Shown here: positions 47,782 to 56,657 of the stretch, piece by piece
Numbering within the stretch: the stretch's first letter is position 1
Layout: each line of letters starts with the position of its first letter
Source: an uncultured Fibrobacterota bacterium
GTDB taxonomy: Bacteria > Fibrobacterota > Chitinivibrionia > Chitinivibrionales > FEN-1185
Length of the DNA: 64,000 nt
NCBI GenBank assembly: GCA_963729895.1
Contig: CAVSQB010000003.1
Coordinates: 96,001-160,000 of the forward strand
Reading direction: 5' to 3'
Translations under genes and position numbers: made by a program
The notes under the pieces: generated by a model
What the model was told of the DNA's origin: nothing
The model's input: the letters and a program-made list of their open reading frames with translations, nothing else
The model's database searches: none

Positions 47782-49148
47782 TATCGACCTCCTTTGACCG
47801 ATTGGCCGATCTCCTCAATGGAAAGCCCAACCGCACGTTCGAGTTGGCTCTGACTATCGAGAAGGTTCATGACAGCCATGTGATACTCCAGCCTTGCCGT
47901 GACAAGCATTCGTTGAATGTCAATAAGCATGAGAAAGTCCTCTTTACCGGTTTTGTACCCTGCCATTGCGCTGACCAGGGTTTGTTGGGCCTGCGGGATG
48001 GTCGATTCCCTGCTGAGTTTCAGCCGATCCATGCTGCTTTCAACTTTCAGCAGTGCATCGTTGACTTCCGCGGCTATCACGTTTTTCATATTGTCGACCT
48101 CCCCCTGAGCCGTTTTGATGTTCGCATCGGCGCGAGTCGTTCCTGATGAATTCTTTCCAAAAGACCACGGCGCGATCGGAATGGTCGCCCCGATCATCAG
48201 GCTCCAATCGTCATTGGCCGCCGTCATTTGTTTATACATACCGCGCACCATAAAATCCGGCAAGTATTCCTTTCCTGCCGCCAGGCGTTCGGCCTGCTGC
48301 ATTTCAACGCCCAACGCCATCGATTTCAGCTCCGGCCGGTTTTTCTCGGCTACGGCCAGCAATGTATCCAACTCAAAGTCGGGCATTGCCGGATCGATTT
48401 CCGGGATGAAGCCTATATCGGTTGTCACCGGCCTGTTGGACAGTGCATTAAGCTTACCCTCCATCGATTTGCGCTGCTGTACGAGCACAATGCTGTCATT
48501 CCCAAGCGCCGACAGTTCCGTCTGCGCCCGGAGTATGTCGGATTGTTTGCCCATACCGAGCTCATACTGCTTTCGCGCGATGTCAACTAATTCGCGGACA
48601 AGCATCCTGGCTTCATGATTGATTTCCAGTTGACGGCATTTCAGGTACAAATCAAAATAGACGTTCTTCACATTGCGAACAATTTCCTGCTCAAGAGTCT
48701 GCCGGTCTGCGGTGAGCATTCCCGTTCGCTTTTGTTCTGCTTTTGCCATGGACCCGAGTTTTCCGGGGAACGGAAACATCTGCTGGATAGAGTAATCGTA
48801 CTCCATTTGATCCTTGAATGGATTCGGAAAAGACGAAATTGGAGCCTGATAGAACTCAACGGCAACTTGCGGCGGGTCGAGGCTTTTCGCGTAGCGTGCC
48901 GTGGCCTGTGCCGCATCAATCTTGTTTCCGGCTGCCCTGAGGCTTGGATTGTTTTTGACGGCTTCGTCAATGATCCCGTTCAACTGGGATTTCATGATCC
49001 GGTAATTGGCCGCAAACGTAACGCTCGTGCTGTCCTGCTGCGAAAAAACATTGGCAACCGGAAGAAAAATGAAGCAGCAGAGCGCGCACGTTGCCCACCC
49101 GGGAGATCTCCAAATCCGCGCCGAACTCACGAGGGGTTGTGTTGCCAT
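47781..49148 (-). CDS. TolC-family outer membrane efflux protein
   Basis: AVKNNPSL, QMFPFPGKL, NRPEL, YKTGKEDFL; upstream of cusBA. Confidence 0.9.
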   Translation of the reverse strand: MATQPLVSSARIWRSPGWATCALCCFIFLPVANVFSQQDSTSVTFAANYRIMKSQLNGIIDEAVKNNPSLRAAGNKIDAAQATARYAKSLDPPQVAVEFYQAPISSFPNPFKDQMEYDYSIQQMFPFPGKLGSMAKAEQKRTGMLTADRQTLEQEIVRNVKNVYFDLYLKCRQLEINHEARMLVRELVDIARKQYELGMGKQSDILRAQTELSALGNDSIVLVQQRKSMEGKLNALSNRPVTTDIGFIPEIDPAMPDFELDTLLAVAEKNRPELKSMALGVEMQQAERLAAGKEYLPDFMVRGMYKQMTAANDDWSLMIGATIPIAPWSFGKNSSGTTRADANIKTAQGEVDNMKNVIAAEVNDALLKVESSMDRLKLSRESTIPQAQQTLVSAMAGYKTGKEDFLMLIDIQRMLVTARLEYHMAVMNLLDSQSQLERAVGLSIEEIGQSVKGGR

Positions 49149-49265
49149 CGGAACCGCATTCCTCCTGTTGGTCAAATGGATTCGAGCACCCGTATCAATT
49201 TCTTCTCGACCTTCTTGGGCAACCATTGACGCCTCCCTGACACACGGGGTTACTTTGTGCGGCAA

Positions 49266-49652
49266 CTATTTCTTTGGAATATCCTCCGCCGCCTCTCCGC
49301 GGCCGGCAAGGATCGTGAGATATTTTTCAGGGTCTTTCTTGAACGTTTCCGGACACCCGGAACAGCAGAAATACACCCGCTTGCCTTTGTAATCGACAAA
49401 AATGCTTGTGTCAATCGGGCTTCCCATCACGGGGCAGGTTTTCTGCGGCATGAGTTTTGGTTTTGAACGCTTCATCGCCGTTTTCGTTTGCACCCGGGCT
49501 TTGCCCGACACGGTCGTGGTGGAGTCGTGATGACGGCCCGTCATAGCCGCGTGGCTCTGTGAACCGGTGTCGGTCTGGGCGTTTACGATGCCGAAAATCC
49601 CGGCCGCCGAAATAAGCGCAAATGCCGCAATGACCATGGGCAAGAACTTCAT
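49266..49652 (-). CDS. Secreted YHS-domain protein
   Basis: Signal peptide; QKTCPVMG...YKGKRVYFCCSGC...FKKDPEKY. Confidence 0.9.
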   Translation of the reverse strand: MKFLPMVIAAFALISAAGIFGIVNAQTDTGSQSHAAMTGRHHDSTTTVSGKARVQTKTAMKRSKPKLMPQKTCPVMGSPIDTSIFVDYKGKRVYFCCSGCPETFKKDPEKYLTILAGRGEAAEDIPKK

Positions 49653-49801
49653 TGAGTCCGCCTTTCACCAAATTGTTGTATCGTGCCGATGCGTATTAGG
49701 AATAAAGGTATAACCTCGATCGGTCGGGTTTCGATCACGGAAGCAAGCAACGGTAACAGAGAATACGACCGTGACCGGTCTCAGCAACGCGCAGGATAAG
49801 G

Positions 49802-50242
49802 CTAGATTCTGAGGGGTATGGAACGGAAGGAACCCGGCGGGCTCGGATCGAAAATGCCTCCAACCGCGCGGAGGACGCCGGGGTGGTGCGCAAACGGCAA
49901 AGCAAATATCCCGGAGGCCGTGACGGGATGGAAAACGTAAAACGGCCCGTCACCGCCGAGAATATCGTTACTGTGCGAATGAGGAATGGGCCGTCTGTCC
50001 CGGCAATTGCACGTGCAGCCTTTCGAGGCGGATGTTGCCCGCCCCGGACCGGCCGCGGCGCGTTGGGCCGATGATATGCCCCTGGCTCGGCCGTTCTTCA
50101 TCCCGCACCTGCAAACTCCGCCCTTGCAGCATGCGCAACGGCACGACACCTGCACCGCCTGAACTTCCCCGCCGGCCTTGACGCCGGGCGAAGAGACGCT
50201 CACGCATACTACTGCTGCTAACGCGGTCAATGTGGAGAGCAT
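49802..50242 (-). CDS. Cys-rich exported protein at the head of the metal efflux operon
   Basis: Hydrophobic N-terminus, CRCACCKGGVCRC, CTCNC, ends DPSPP...IPLRI. Confidence 0.55.
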   Translation of the reverse strand: MLSTLTALAAVVCVSVSSPGVKAGGEVQAVQVSCRCACCKGGVCRCGMKNGRARGISSAQRAAAGPGRATSASKGCTCNCRDRRPIPHSHSNDILGGDGPFYVFHPVTASGIFALPFAHHPGVLRAVGGIFDPSPPGSFRSIPLRI

Positions 50243-50303
50243 GAGATTTCTTTCCAATTACAAGTATACACAATACGGGGGGATAATTGCAAATATTTGA
50301 TCA

Positions 50304-50335
50304 AGTTGAAAAGTTGAATAGTTGAAAAGTTCAGA
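50304..50335. repeat. Tandem octamer AGTTGAAW x4
   Basis: AGTTGAAA AGTTGAAT AGTTGAAA AGTTCAGA. Confidence 0.7.
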
Positions 50336-50391
50336 GAAGATGCATTGATATTCTTTAGGAGGACTCCGGGTGGCGCAAAAATAAAACTCGA

Positions 50392-51288
50392 CTACTTGTG
50401 CGTTTTCTTCGGCTCCATATTTATCATTACGTCGGCGTCCGGAAACTGCCGCTCGATTTCCGCGGCGATGCGGTGTTGCAGGGAATGCGAAGCTTCCACC
50501 GACATTGTCGGGTCCACCCTAACGTGGAACTCCACAAACCGCTTTGAACCAGATTTGCGCCCGCGAAAGTTGTGACAGTCAACCACCTCCGGATAGTTGC
50601 GGGCCAGCAAGGTCTTTATCTCGTCTTCTTCCTGCTGCGGCAGATTGACGTCAAGCAGGTCTCGCACCGATTCGAGCGTAAGGTCCCACGCGGCCTTGAA
50701 AATGAGGAGCGCTACCGCAACGGCCGCCGCCGGATCGATCCAGGCCAGGTTCACGCCGGGAAACACGCGACTCCCCGCCCATACCGCCGCGAGGCCCAGA
50801 AGAACGCCGCCGGACGTGATCACGTCGGTGAGGGAATGCCAGGCGTCGGCCTTGAGAGCAAGGGAACCCGTTTTCCGGGCAGCAGCAAGGAGCACACAGC
50901 CGATGACGGTATTGACAATAGAGGAGACGAACATCACGGCCACGCCCCAGCCGGGCTCCCCAATGGCCGCCGGATGAACCAGCCTGCGTACCGCCTCATA
51001 CACGATCCAGAATGCCGCAAGGAAGATGAGAAACGCCTGGACCAGGCCCGACAGGTTCTCGAATTTTCCGTGGCCGAAAGCGTGATCCTTGTCCGCCGGT
51101 TCGGAAGACCTCCTGACGCCGAAGGTTGCAACCAGTGCCGCAAAAACGTCGACTCCGGAATGAAGCGCCTCGGAAACAACCGATATGGAGCCGATGGTGA
51201 ATCCCACCGCCAGCTTGAGCAGCACGAGAAGGAGGTTGGAGGCCACAGACAGCGCGGCGACGAAGACTTTGTAACGGTTGGTTTGCAA
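50392..51288 (-). CDS. Cation diffusion facilitator transporter (FieF-like)
   Basis: SEALHSGVD, PADKDHAFGHGKFE, ADAWHSLTD; GGAGG before TTG 51288. Confidence 0.92.
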   Translation of the reverse strand: MQTNRYKVFVAALSVASNLLLVLLKLAVGFTIGSISVVSEALHSGVDVFAALVATFGVRRSSEPADKDHAFGHGKFENLSGLVQAFLIFLAAFWIVYEAVRRLVHPAAIGEPGWGVAVMFVSSIVNTVIGCVLLAAARKTGSLALKADAWHSLTDVITSGGVLLGLAAVWAGSRVFPGVNLAWIDPAAAVAVALLIFKAAWDLTLESVRDLLDVNLPQQEEDEIKTLLARNYPEVVDCHNFRGRKSGSKRFVEFHVRVDPTMSVEASHSLQHRIAAEIERQFPDADVMINMEPKKTHK

Positions 51289-51548
51289 AAAATCCTCCGC
51301 ACACAAAAAAAGCCCCGCGGAACGTATCCATGTCCCACGGAGCTGTTTATCCGTTGCCGAACGTGCGGCCCGGCTACGCTGCGCAAGGCAGCCGCCTGAT
51401 CATTCAAGAAAACAATATAGCATTATGAAGAGCCGCAACGCAAACCGCATCGCCTGGTCGGGCGCATCCAAATCAAAAGGCGTCCCCGCCCTGTCGCGAA
51501 AACGCCCTCTTCTCTTAGATGTCAAGCGTCAACTGTCAACGTGTTTAG

Positions 51549-52295
51549 TCAAAACGACTTTCCCTCAACCATGTTACCGTCCTTGTACGTGGCTTCGCCC
51601 TGCTTTTTTCCATTCTCGGTCCACATGGTCTTTGTGCCGTCCAGCGCGCCGTCCTTGTATGTCATTTCGGTTTCCTTTTTGCCGTTCTCGTAGTACTCCG
51701 TTGCCGGACCGCTCAACACGTCGTTGGCATAGGTTTGTGCGTCCTTGAGATTGCCGTTTTCGTACCATTCCTGTTCGAGGCCGTTCTTGTTTCCCCCGGC
51801 ATAGGTGGTCATGCGTTTCTTGTTGCCGTTTGCAAACCATACCGTTTCGACTCCGTCCTTCTTGCCGTTCTTGAAGCTCATTTCGGAAGATTTCTTCCCG
51901 TCCGGAAAGTAGGCGGTTGCGGCGCCGAGCGGAGTGTCAAGCGCGTATGCCGCCTCGCTCTTGAGCTTGCCGTCCTCATACCACGACATGTCTTTCCCGT
52001 TCTTCTTCCCGTCTCTGTATGCGGTCTCTATGAAGCGCTTGCCGTTGGGATAATTGCCGATCATGACGCTGTCTGGTTTTCCCTTGCTGTAATGCGTGTC
52101 CGACTGAATGCTGCCGTCGGGAAAATAGTATACCGTTCTCACAACGTCCTTCTTGGCGCCCACCACCATGAAATAGTTCTCCTTTTTCTTGGCTCCGGTG
52201 GGATACTTGTCGGTCACCTCGGATCGCATCTCGGGCTTGGAGCATCCGGCAATTATCAGCGCACCGCAAACGGCAATCACCATGGTCCAACGCAT
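51549..52295 (-). CDS. MORN-variant repeat (YwqK-like) lipoprotein
   Basis: Lipobox IAGC; repeated WYENG...Y..G...G units. Confidence 0.88.
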   Translation of the reverse strand: MRWTMVIAVCGALIIAGCSKPEMRSEVTDKYPTGAKKKENYFMVVGAKKDVVRTVYYFPDGSIQSDTHYSKGKPDSVMIGNYPNGKRFIETAYRDGKKNGKDMSWYEDGKLKSEAAYALDTPLGAATAYFPDGKKSSEMSFKNGKKDGVETVWFANGNKKRMTTYAGGNKNGLEQEWYENGNLKDAQTYANDVLSGPATEYYENGKKETEMTYKDGALDGTKTMWTENGKKQGEATYKDGNMVEGKSF

Positions 52296-52518
52296 ACGCT
52301 CTCCTTTTCTGGAAGGTTCAACGCTGTCTTTTCAAGAAAATATATTTCCACACCTCAAATTGGAAATCCGGGCTTTTTTATTATTATGGCAGGATGCGGC
52401 ATCGTTGTCAACCTTTTTGCTCCCTTGCGACATTGCCGCTGTGGAGGAACAAAGGAGAAATTATATTTTCTATTGTTCACCGCAGCTCGTTCGCTCATCA
52501 GGAACATGGAATGGAACC

Positions 52519-53283
52519 ATGAAATTCCGCCCCTGCATAGATTTGCACGAAGGAAAAGTGAAGCAGATCGTGGGCAGCACGCTGTCCGACGCGAAGCCCG
52601 GCGGCCTTGTCACCAATTTCACCAGCGACCTCCCTGCCGCGCATTTCGCGGCCCTGTACAAACGCGACGGCCTCTGTGGTGGGCATGTGATTATGATGGG
52701 CCCGGGAAACGAGGACGCGGCTGCCGCGGCGCTTCAGGAGTTTCCCGGCGGATTTCACGTAGGCGGAGGCATCACGCCGGACAACGCCCGGCGCTTCATC
52801 GGCCAGGGCGCATCGCACGTGATCGTGACGTCATTCGTGTTCACGGACGGCCTGTTGTCCTGGCGGAACCTCGAATCAATGGTCGCGGCAGTGGGCAGGG
52901 AGCGGCTCGTGCTCGATCTCAGTTGCCTGCGCCGGGACAACGTCTACTACATAGCAACGGACCGCTGGCAGCGGCTGACGTCGGTCGCCGTGTCGAAAGA
53001 CACGCTCGAAAAGCTTGCCGGATATTGCGATGAATTCCTTGTCCATGCGGCTGACGTGGAGGGAAAACGCTCCGGCATCGACGGCGGTCTTGTGGCGCTG
53101 CTCGGCGCATCTTCACCCTTGCCCGTTACCTACGCGGGCGGCATCCGGTCGCTTGACGACCTCGAAAGCGTGCGTGTTCTTGGAAAAGGCCGCGTGGACG
53201 CAACGGTCGGCAGCGCGCTCGACATTTTCGGCGGAACGCTGCCCTATGCCGAGGTCGTGGCATGGCACGCGAGGCAACAATAG
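52519..53283 (+). CDS. hisA: ProFAR isomerase, eukaryotic HIS6 type
   Basis: MKFRPCIDLHEGKVKQIVG, GGHVIM, GASHVIVTSFVF, LVHAADVEG, VTYAGG, TVGSALDIFGG. Confidence 0.92.
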   Translation: MKFRPCIDLHEGKVKQIVGSTLSDAKPGGLVTNFTSDLPAAHFAALYKRDGLCGGHVIMMGPGNEDAAAAALQEFPGGFHVGGGITPDNARRFIGQGASHVIVTSFVFTDGLLSWRNLESMVAAVGRERLVLDLSCLRRDNVYYIATDRWQRLTSVAVSKDTLEKLAGYCDEFLVHAADVEGKRSGIDGGLVALLGASSPLPVTYAGGIRSLDDLESVRVLGKGRVDATVGSALDIFGGTLPYAEVVAWHARQQ

Positions 53284-53413
53284 TTTCTTTCGGGCACCCT
53301 CGCGACATTCCTGACCCTTATCCGCACCCTGATAATAAACTATTTTCATCACGCATAATCGGTGTTTTTCACCGTAGTCTTGTGCTTACCATCCTACTCA
53401 AGAAAGGGCATCC

Positions 53414-54274
53414 ATGAATATCGCAAAAACCACGCTTCTTCTCGGCGTCCTCACCTGCATCCTTGTTCTGATCGGCCAGTTTGTCGGCGGCCCCAGGGGC
53501 GCAATCGGATTCTTCTTGTTCGCCGCTGTCATGAATCTTGTCTCCTACTGGTTTTCCGACAAGCTCGTTCTCATGACAACCGGGGCAAAACAGGTGGGCG
53601 AAAACGATGCGCCGGTCCTCTTCCGCGTGGTGAGACGGCTCGCACAGCAGGGCGACCTGCCGATGCCGAAAGTTTACATAGTGGATAACCCTTCGCCCAA
53701 CGCGTTTGCCACGGGCCGTAATCCGCAGCATGCCTCGGTCGCGGCCACCACAGGCATCCTCGCCATTCTCAGCGAAGACGAGCTTGAGGGAGTGATGGCG
53801 CACGAGCTTTCCCATGTCAAGAACCGCGACATTCTGCTATCGAGCATCGCCGCCACGATCGCGGGCGCCATTACCATGATCGGCAACGCCCTGCAATGGG
53901 GCGCCATGTTCGGCGGCGCGTCCGCGGGCCGCGACGATGACGACCGGGGCGGCATGATCGGCATGATCGCCATGGCAATCCTTGCACCGATCGCGGCAAT
54001 GATCGTTCAGCTCGCCATTTCACGCTCGCGCGAATACGCGGCGGACGCCGCGGGCGCCCGGCTGTGCCATAAGCCACTGTCCCTGGCCCACGCGCTCGGC
54101 AAGCTGGAGAATTCCGTGAAGATGATCCCCATGCAGGGCGGGAATCCGTCAACCGCGCACCTATTCATCGTCAATCCGTTCAGGGGCGGACTGCTGGGCT
54201 TGTTTTCAACCCACCCGCCGATGGAGGAGAGAATCAGGAGGCTGGAGGCAATGGCGAGTCAATCTAATTTATAA
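53414..54274 (+). CDS. htpX: Zinc metalloprotease HtpX
   Basis: [35 protein letters not shown]. Confidence 0.96.
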   Translation: MNIAKTTLLLGVLTCILVLIGQFVGGPRGAIGFFLFAAVMNLVSYWFSDKLVLMTTGAKQVGENDAPVLFRVVRRLAQQGDLPMPKVYIVDNPSPNAFATGRNPQHASVAATTGILAILSEDELEGVMAHELSHVKNRDILLSSIAATIAGAITMIGNALQWGAMFGGASAGRDDDDRGGMIGMIAMAILAPIAAMIVQLAISRSREYAADAAGARLCHKPLSLAHALGKLENSVKMIPMQGGNPSTAHLFIVNPFRGGLLGLFSTHPPMEERIRRLEAMASQSNL

Positions 54275-54421
54275 ATTATCGGAGGAGAGGTATCTCCCCC
54301 GGCCTCAGCCTCCTCGTCCCTGACGGGACTGCGAGGTCTTCGGCACTCGCCTCTCTGTTGGGTAGCCCCCAAGGAAGTCGATCTGCGAGAAAGAAACGTG
54401 TACTGGGCCACCAAGAAAAAG

Positions 54422-54453
54422 AGTTGAAAAGTTGAATGGTTGAGAAGTTGAAG
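54422..54453. repeat. Tandem octamer RGTTGA-type x4
   Basis: AGTTGAAA AGTTGAAT GGTTGAGA AGTTGAAG; same unit as at 50304. Confidence 0.7.
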
Positions 54454-54533
54454 AATTTGATATTCAAAGGGGATGCCCACACCAATTCGTTGCGGATGCC
54501 AAACTGCGGGAGAAGAATCGTTTGACTGATAGG

Positions 54534-54710
54534 AATTCTGTTGCCGCGCGTTAGGTAGGACTGGAGGCCGCGCTAGAGCGCGGTGCCGCCTGACCACGGC
54601 CCGCAGGGTCATAGTGGCAGGCGGCCCGAGGCCGAAGGCCGAGACCGGAAGGAGGGCCGACCCCTTGGTGGGCGCGCAGGGTAAAGCGCCCCACCAAGGG
54701 GAACGCCCAA
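54534..54710. repeat. Dispersed structured element, copy C
   Basis: GCGTTAGGTAGGAC...nested stems...AAGGAGGGCCGACCCC[hairpin]GGGGAACGCCCAA. Confidence 0.85.
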
Positions 54711-54720
54711 ATCTTAGATT

Positions 54721-55179
54721 TTATCGGGCTATAGCTACTTGTTTTAGCTCTATTCCCGCCTGCCCCGCAACCTCGATCACATGCTGGTCCCGATAGAATT
54801 CCAGGTAAAAGATCCTCCGTATGCCGCTGTTGGCAATGAGCTTGAAGCAATGCCAGCAGGGCGAGGCGGTGATGTAGATGTCTGCGCCGTCAACCGCGAC
54901 GCCGTTCTTGGCCGCTTGGATGATCGCATTCGCCTCCGCATGCACCGTGGCGATGCAGTGCCCGTTTTCCATGGTGTGGCCCACATCGTCGCAGTGGGGC
55001 ATGCCGCGAACGCTGCCGTTGTAACCCGTTGACAGGATTGTCTTGTCGCGCACGATCACCGCTCCCACGTTCTTGCGGTCGCAGGTGGAGCGGGTGGCCA
55101 CCTGCCGGGCAATCCTCATGAAGTATTCGTCCCATGGCGCGCGCGTTCGCCTGCGCACCGTCTGTTTCTTGTTCGTCAT
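54721..55179 (-). CDS. dCMP deaminase (ComEB-like)
   Basis: WDEYFM, RSTC, TGYNG, HAEANAI, SPCWHC. Confidence 0.93.
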   Translation of the reverse strand: MTNKKQTVRRRTRAPWDEYFMRIARQVATRSTCDRKNVGAVIVRDKTILSTGYNGSVRGMPHCDDVGHTMENGHCIATVHAEANAIIQAAKNGVAVDGADIYITASPCWHCFKLIANSGIRRIFYLEFYRDQHVIEVAGQAGIELKQVAIAR

Positions 55180-55193
55180 GATATTCCCCTTTG

Positions 55194-55652
55194 TTATTGC
55201 GAACCGTCTACGGTGTCGATCTGCCGCACCCGTGTTTCGTGGCGGCCGCCCTCAAACGGTGTTTCCAGCCAGGCGTCCAGGATCTGCGCGGCCGTTTCGG
55301 TTGAAGTGATCCGTGCCCCCATTGCAAGCACGTTTGCGTCGTTGTGCTGCCTGGAAAGCATGGCCATTTGCGGGGTGACGCAGAGGGCCGCGCGCACCTT
55401 CTTGAAGCGGTTTGCCACCATGGACGCGCCGATACCCGACCCGCACACCACGATTCCCCTGCTGAATGTCCCGTTGGACACCCTGGAGGCCGCCCGCGCG
55501 ATGAGGATGGGATAATCGCTCTTTTCCTCGTTGAATACGCCAACGTCTTCGCAAGGGATGGACCGTTTTTGGAGCTCTTTCTTGATGAATTCCTTTAGTT
55601 TGAACCCGGCATGGTCGGAGCCAACGACTATTGCGTTTCCTTTTCCCGGCAC
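55194..55652 (-). CDS. rpiB: Ribose-5-phosphate isomerase B
   Basis: GSDHAG, DYP, CGSGIG, RQHNDANVL, FEGGRH; AAAGGA before GTG 55652. Confidence 0.95.
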   Translation of the reverse strand: MPGKGNAIVVGSDHAGFKLKEFIKKELQKRSIPCEDVGVFNEEKSDYPILIARAASRVSNGTFSRGIVVCGSGIGASMVANRFKKVRAALCVTPQMAMLSRQHNDANVLAMGARITSTETAAQILDAWLETPFEGGRHETRVRQIDTVDGSQ

Positions 55653-55781
55653 TGTGCGTCCTTTCGATTCCTGCGAAAGCTCTGTTCCATGATTTATGTT
55701 ATTCCCCGGGAACAGTGCTCTTAAAATAGATTTCACCCCCTGTAACATCGAGCCATTTTTTTTTGTCCAATAGAGTGAAAA

Positions 55782-56309
55782 ATGAAAGAACTCGACGATC
55801 TCACGATACAGCGTGCAAAGAAGGGCGATCGAGCATCTTTCAGGACTTTGTACGATTATTATGCGCCGTTTTCGTGGAAAATTGCTTTTAGAACAATGCA
55901 CGGAGATTCTCAGGGGGCGGCGGAGGCGGTACAGGAAACATTCATACGGGTGCACAATGCACTTTCGAAGTTCAGCGGCGGTGCTGCGTTTTCAACATGG
56001 GTATTCAGGATAACCTACAACGCATGCATGACCCTGCTTTCAAAGCAAAGCCGCCGGAACGAAATGCAGGAACTTGATGAGGACACGGGGCCAACGGTTT
56101 CTACAGCGGAGAATGTCGACATGAAAGAGGACATGCAGAGAATCCTCAAGAGCATTTCGCCGGAAGAACGGTTTCTTCTTACCGGACGGGAAGTGTTGGG
56201 TTTTTCGTTTGAGGAGCTTTCCGACATCACCGGAAAGAACGCCGGCAGCCTTCGAACGCAGCTTTTTAGGCTCAAGGAACAGATCCGGAAAAGGTTCGGG
56301 GAGGAATAA
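55782..56309 (+). CDS. ECF RNA polymerase sigma factor
   Basis: AKKGDRASF, VQETFI, FSTWVFRITYN, GFSFEELS. Confidence 0.92.
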   Translation: MKELDDLTIQRAKKGDRASFRTLYDYYAPFSWKIAFRTMHGDSQGAAEAVQETFIRVHNALSKFSGGAAFSTWVFRITYNACMTLLSKQSRRNEMQELDEDTGPTVSTAENVDMKEDMQRILKSISPEERFLLTGREVLGFSFEELSDITGKNAGSLRTQLFRLKEQIRKRFGEE

Positions 56310-56641
56310 TGGAACAGAATACCGACAATCAATTGCCCGCACGCGCCTTTGAAGCTCTGACGGATATTCCGCCGATCCCGGTGCATGTGTACGGCGCCGT
56401 CATGCGGAACATCGGGAGGAGAAGGATACTGGTTCGCGCCGTGTTTTCAGTTGCGGCATCGGTGCTTATCGCCGTGTCCGCGTTTACCGTCACCGCATAT
56501 CGCATGTCGACGCAGCGCGCGCCCTATGCGCCCGAGGTGGCGGAGGAATTGCAGGGGGTCAACAGTTACATCAACAACGACGTATATCGGGAAAATGCGA
56601 ATTCGTATGGATATTACGAAGAAGTTCTTTACCAGGAATAG
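56309..56641 (+). CDS. Probable single-TM anti-sigma factor
   Basis: TAATG-coupled to the sigma gene; one TM segment (SVAASVLIAV). Confidence 0.65.
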   Translation: MEQNTDNQLPARAFEALTDIPPIPVHVYGAVMRNIGRRRILVRAVFSVAASVLIAVSAFTVTAYRMSTQRAPYAPEVAEELQGVNSYINNDVYRENANSYGYYEEVLYQE

Positions 56642-56657
56642 CGAGTCGGAGGTCACT

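Noticed and set aside
51549..52295. Toxin-antitoxin system (YwqK label)
   Set aside because: A MORN-variant repeat lipoprotein with no neighbouring toxin gene.
51735..53033. 432-aa plus-strand ORF
   Set aside because: Overlaps the MORN-repeat gene antisense and hisA out of frame.
54534..54710. HDV-like ribozyme reading of the element's minus strand
   Set aside because: CUCCUUCC and CUAA are reminiscent, but I could not build the nested double pseudoknot in all copies.
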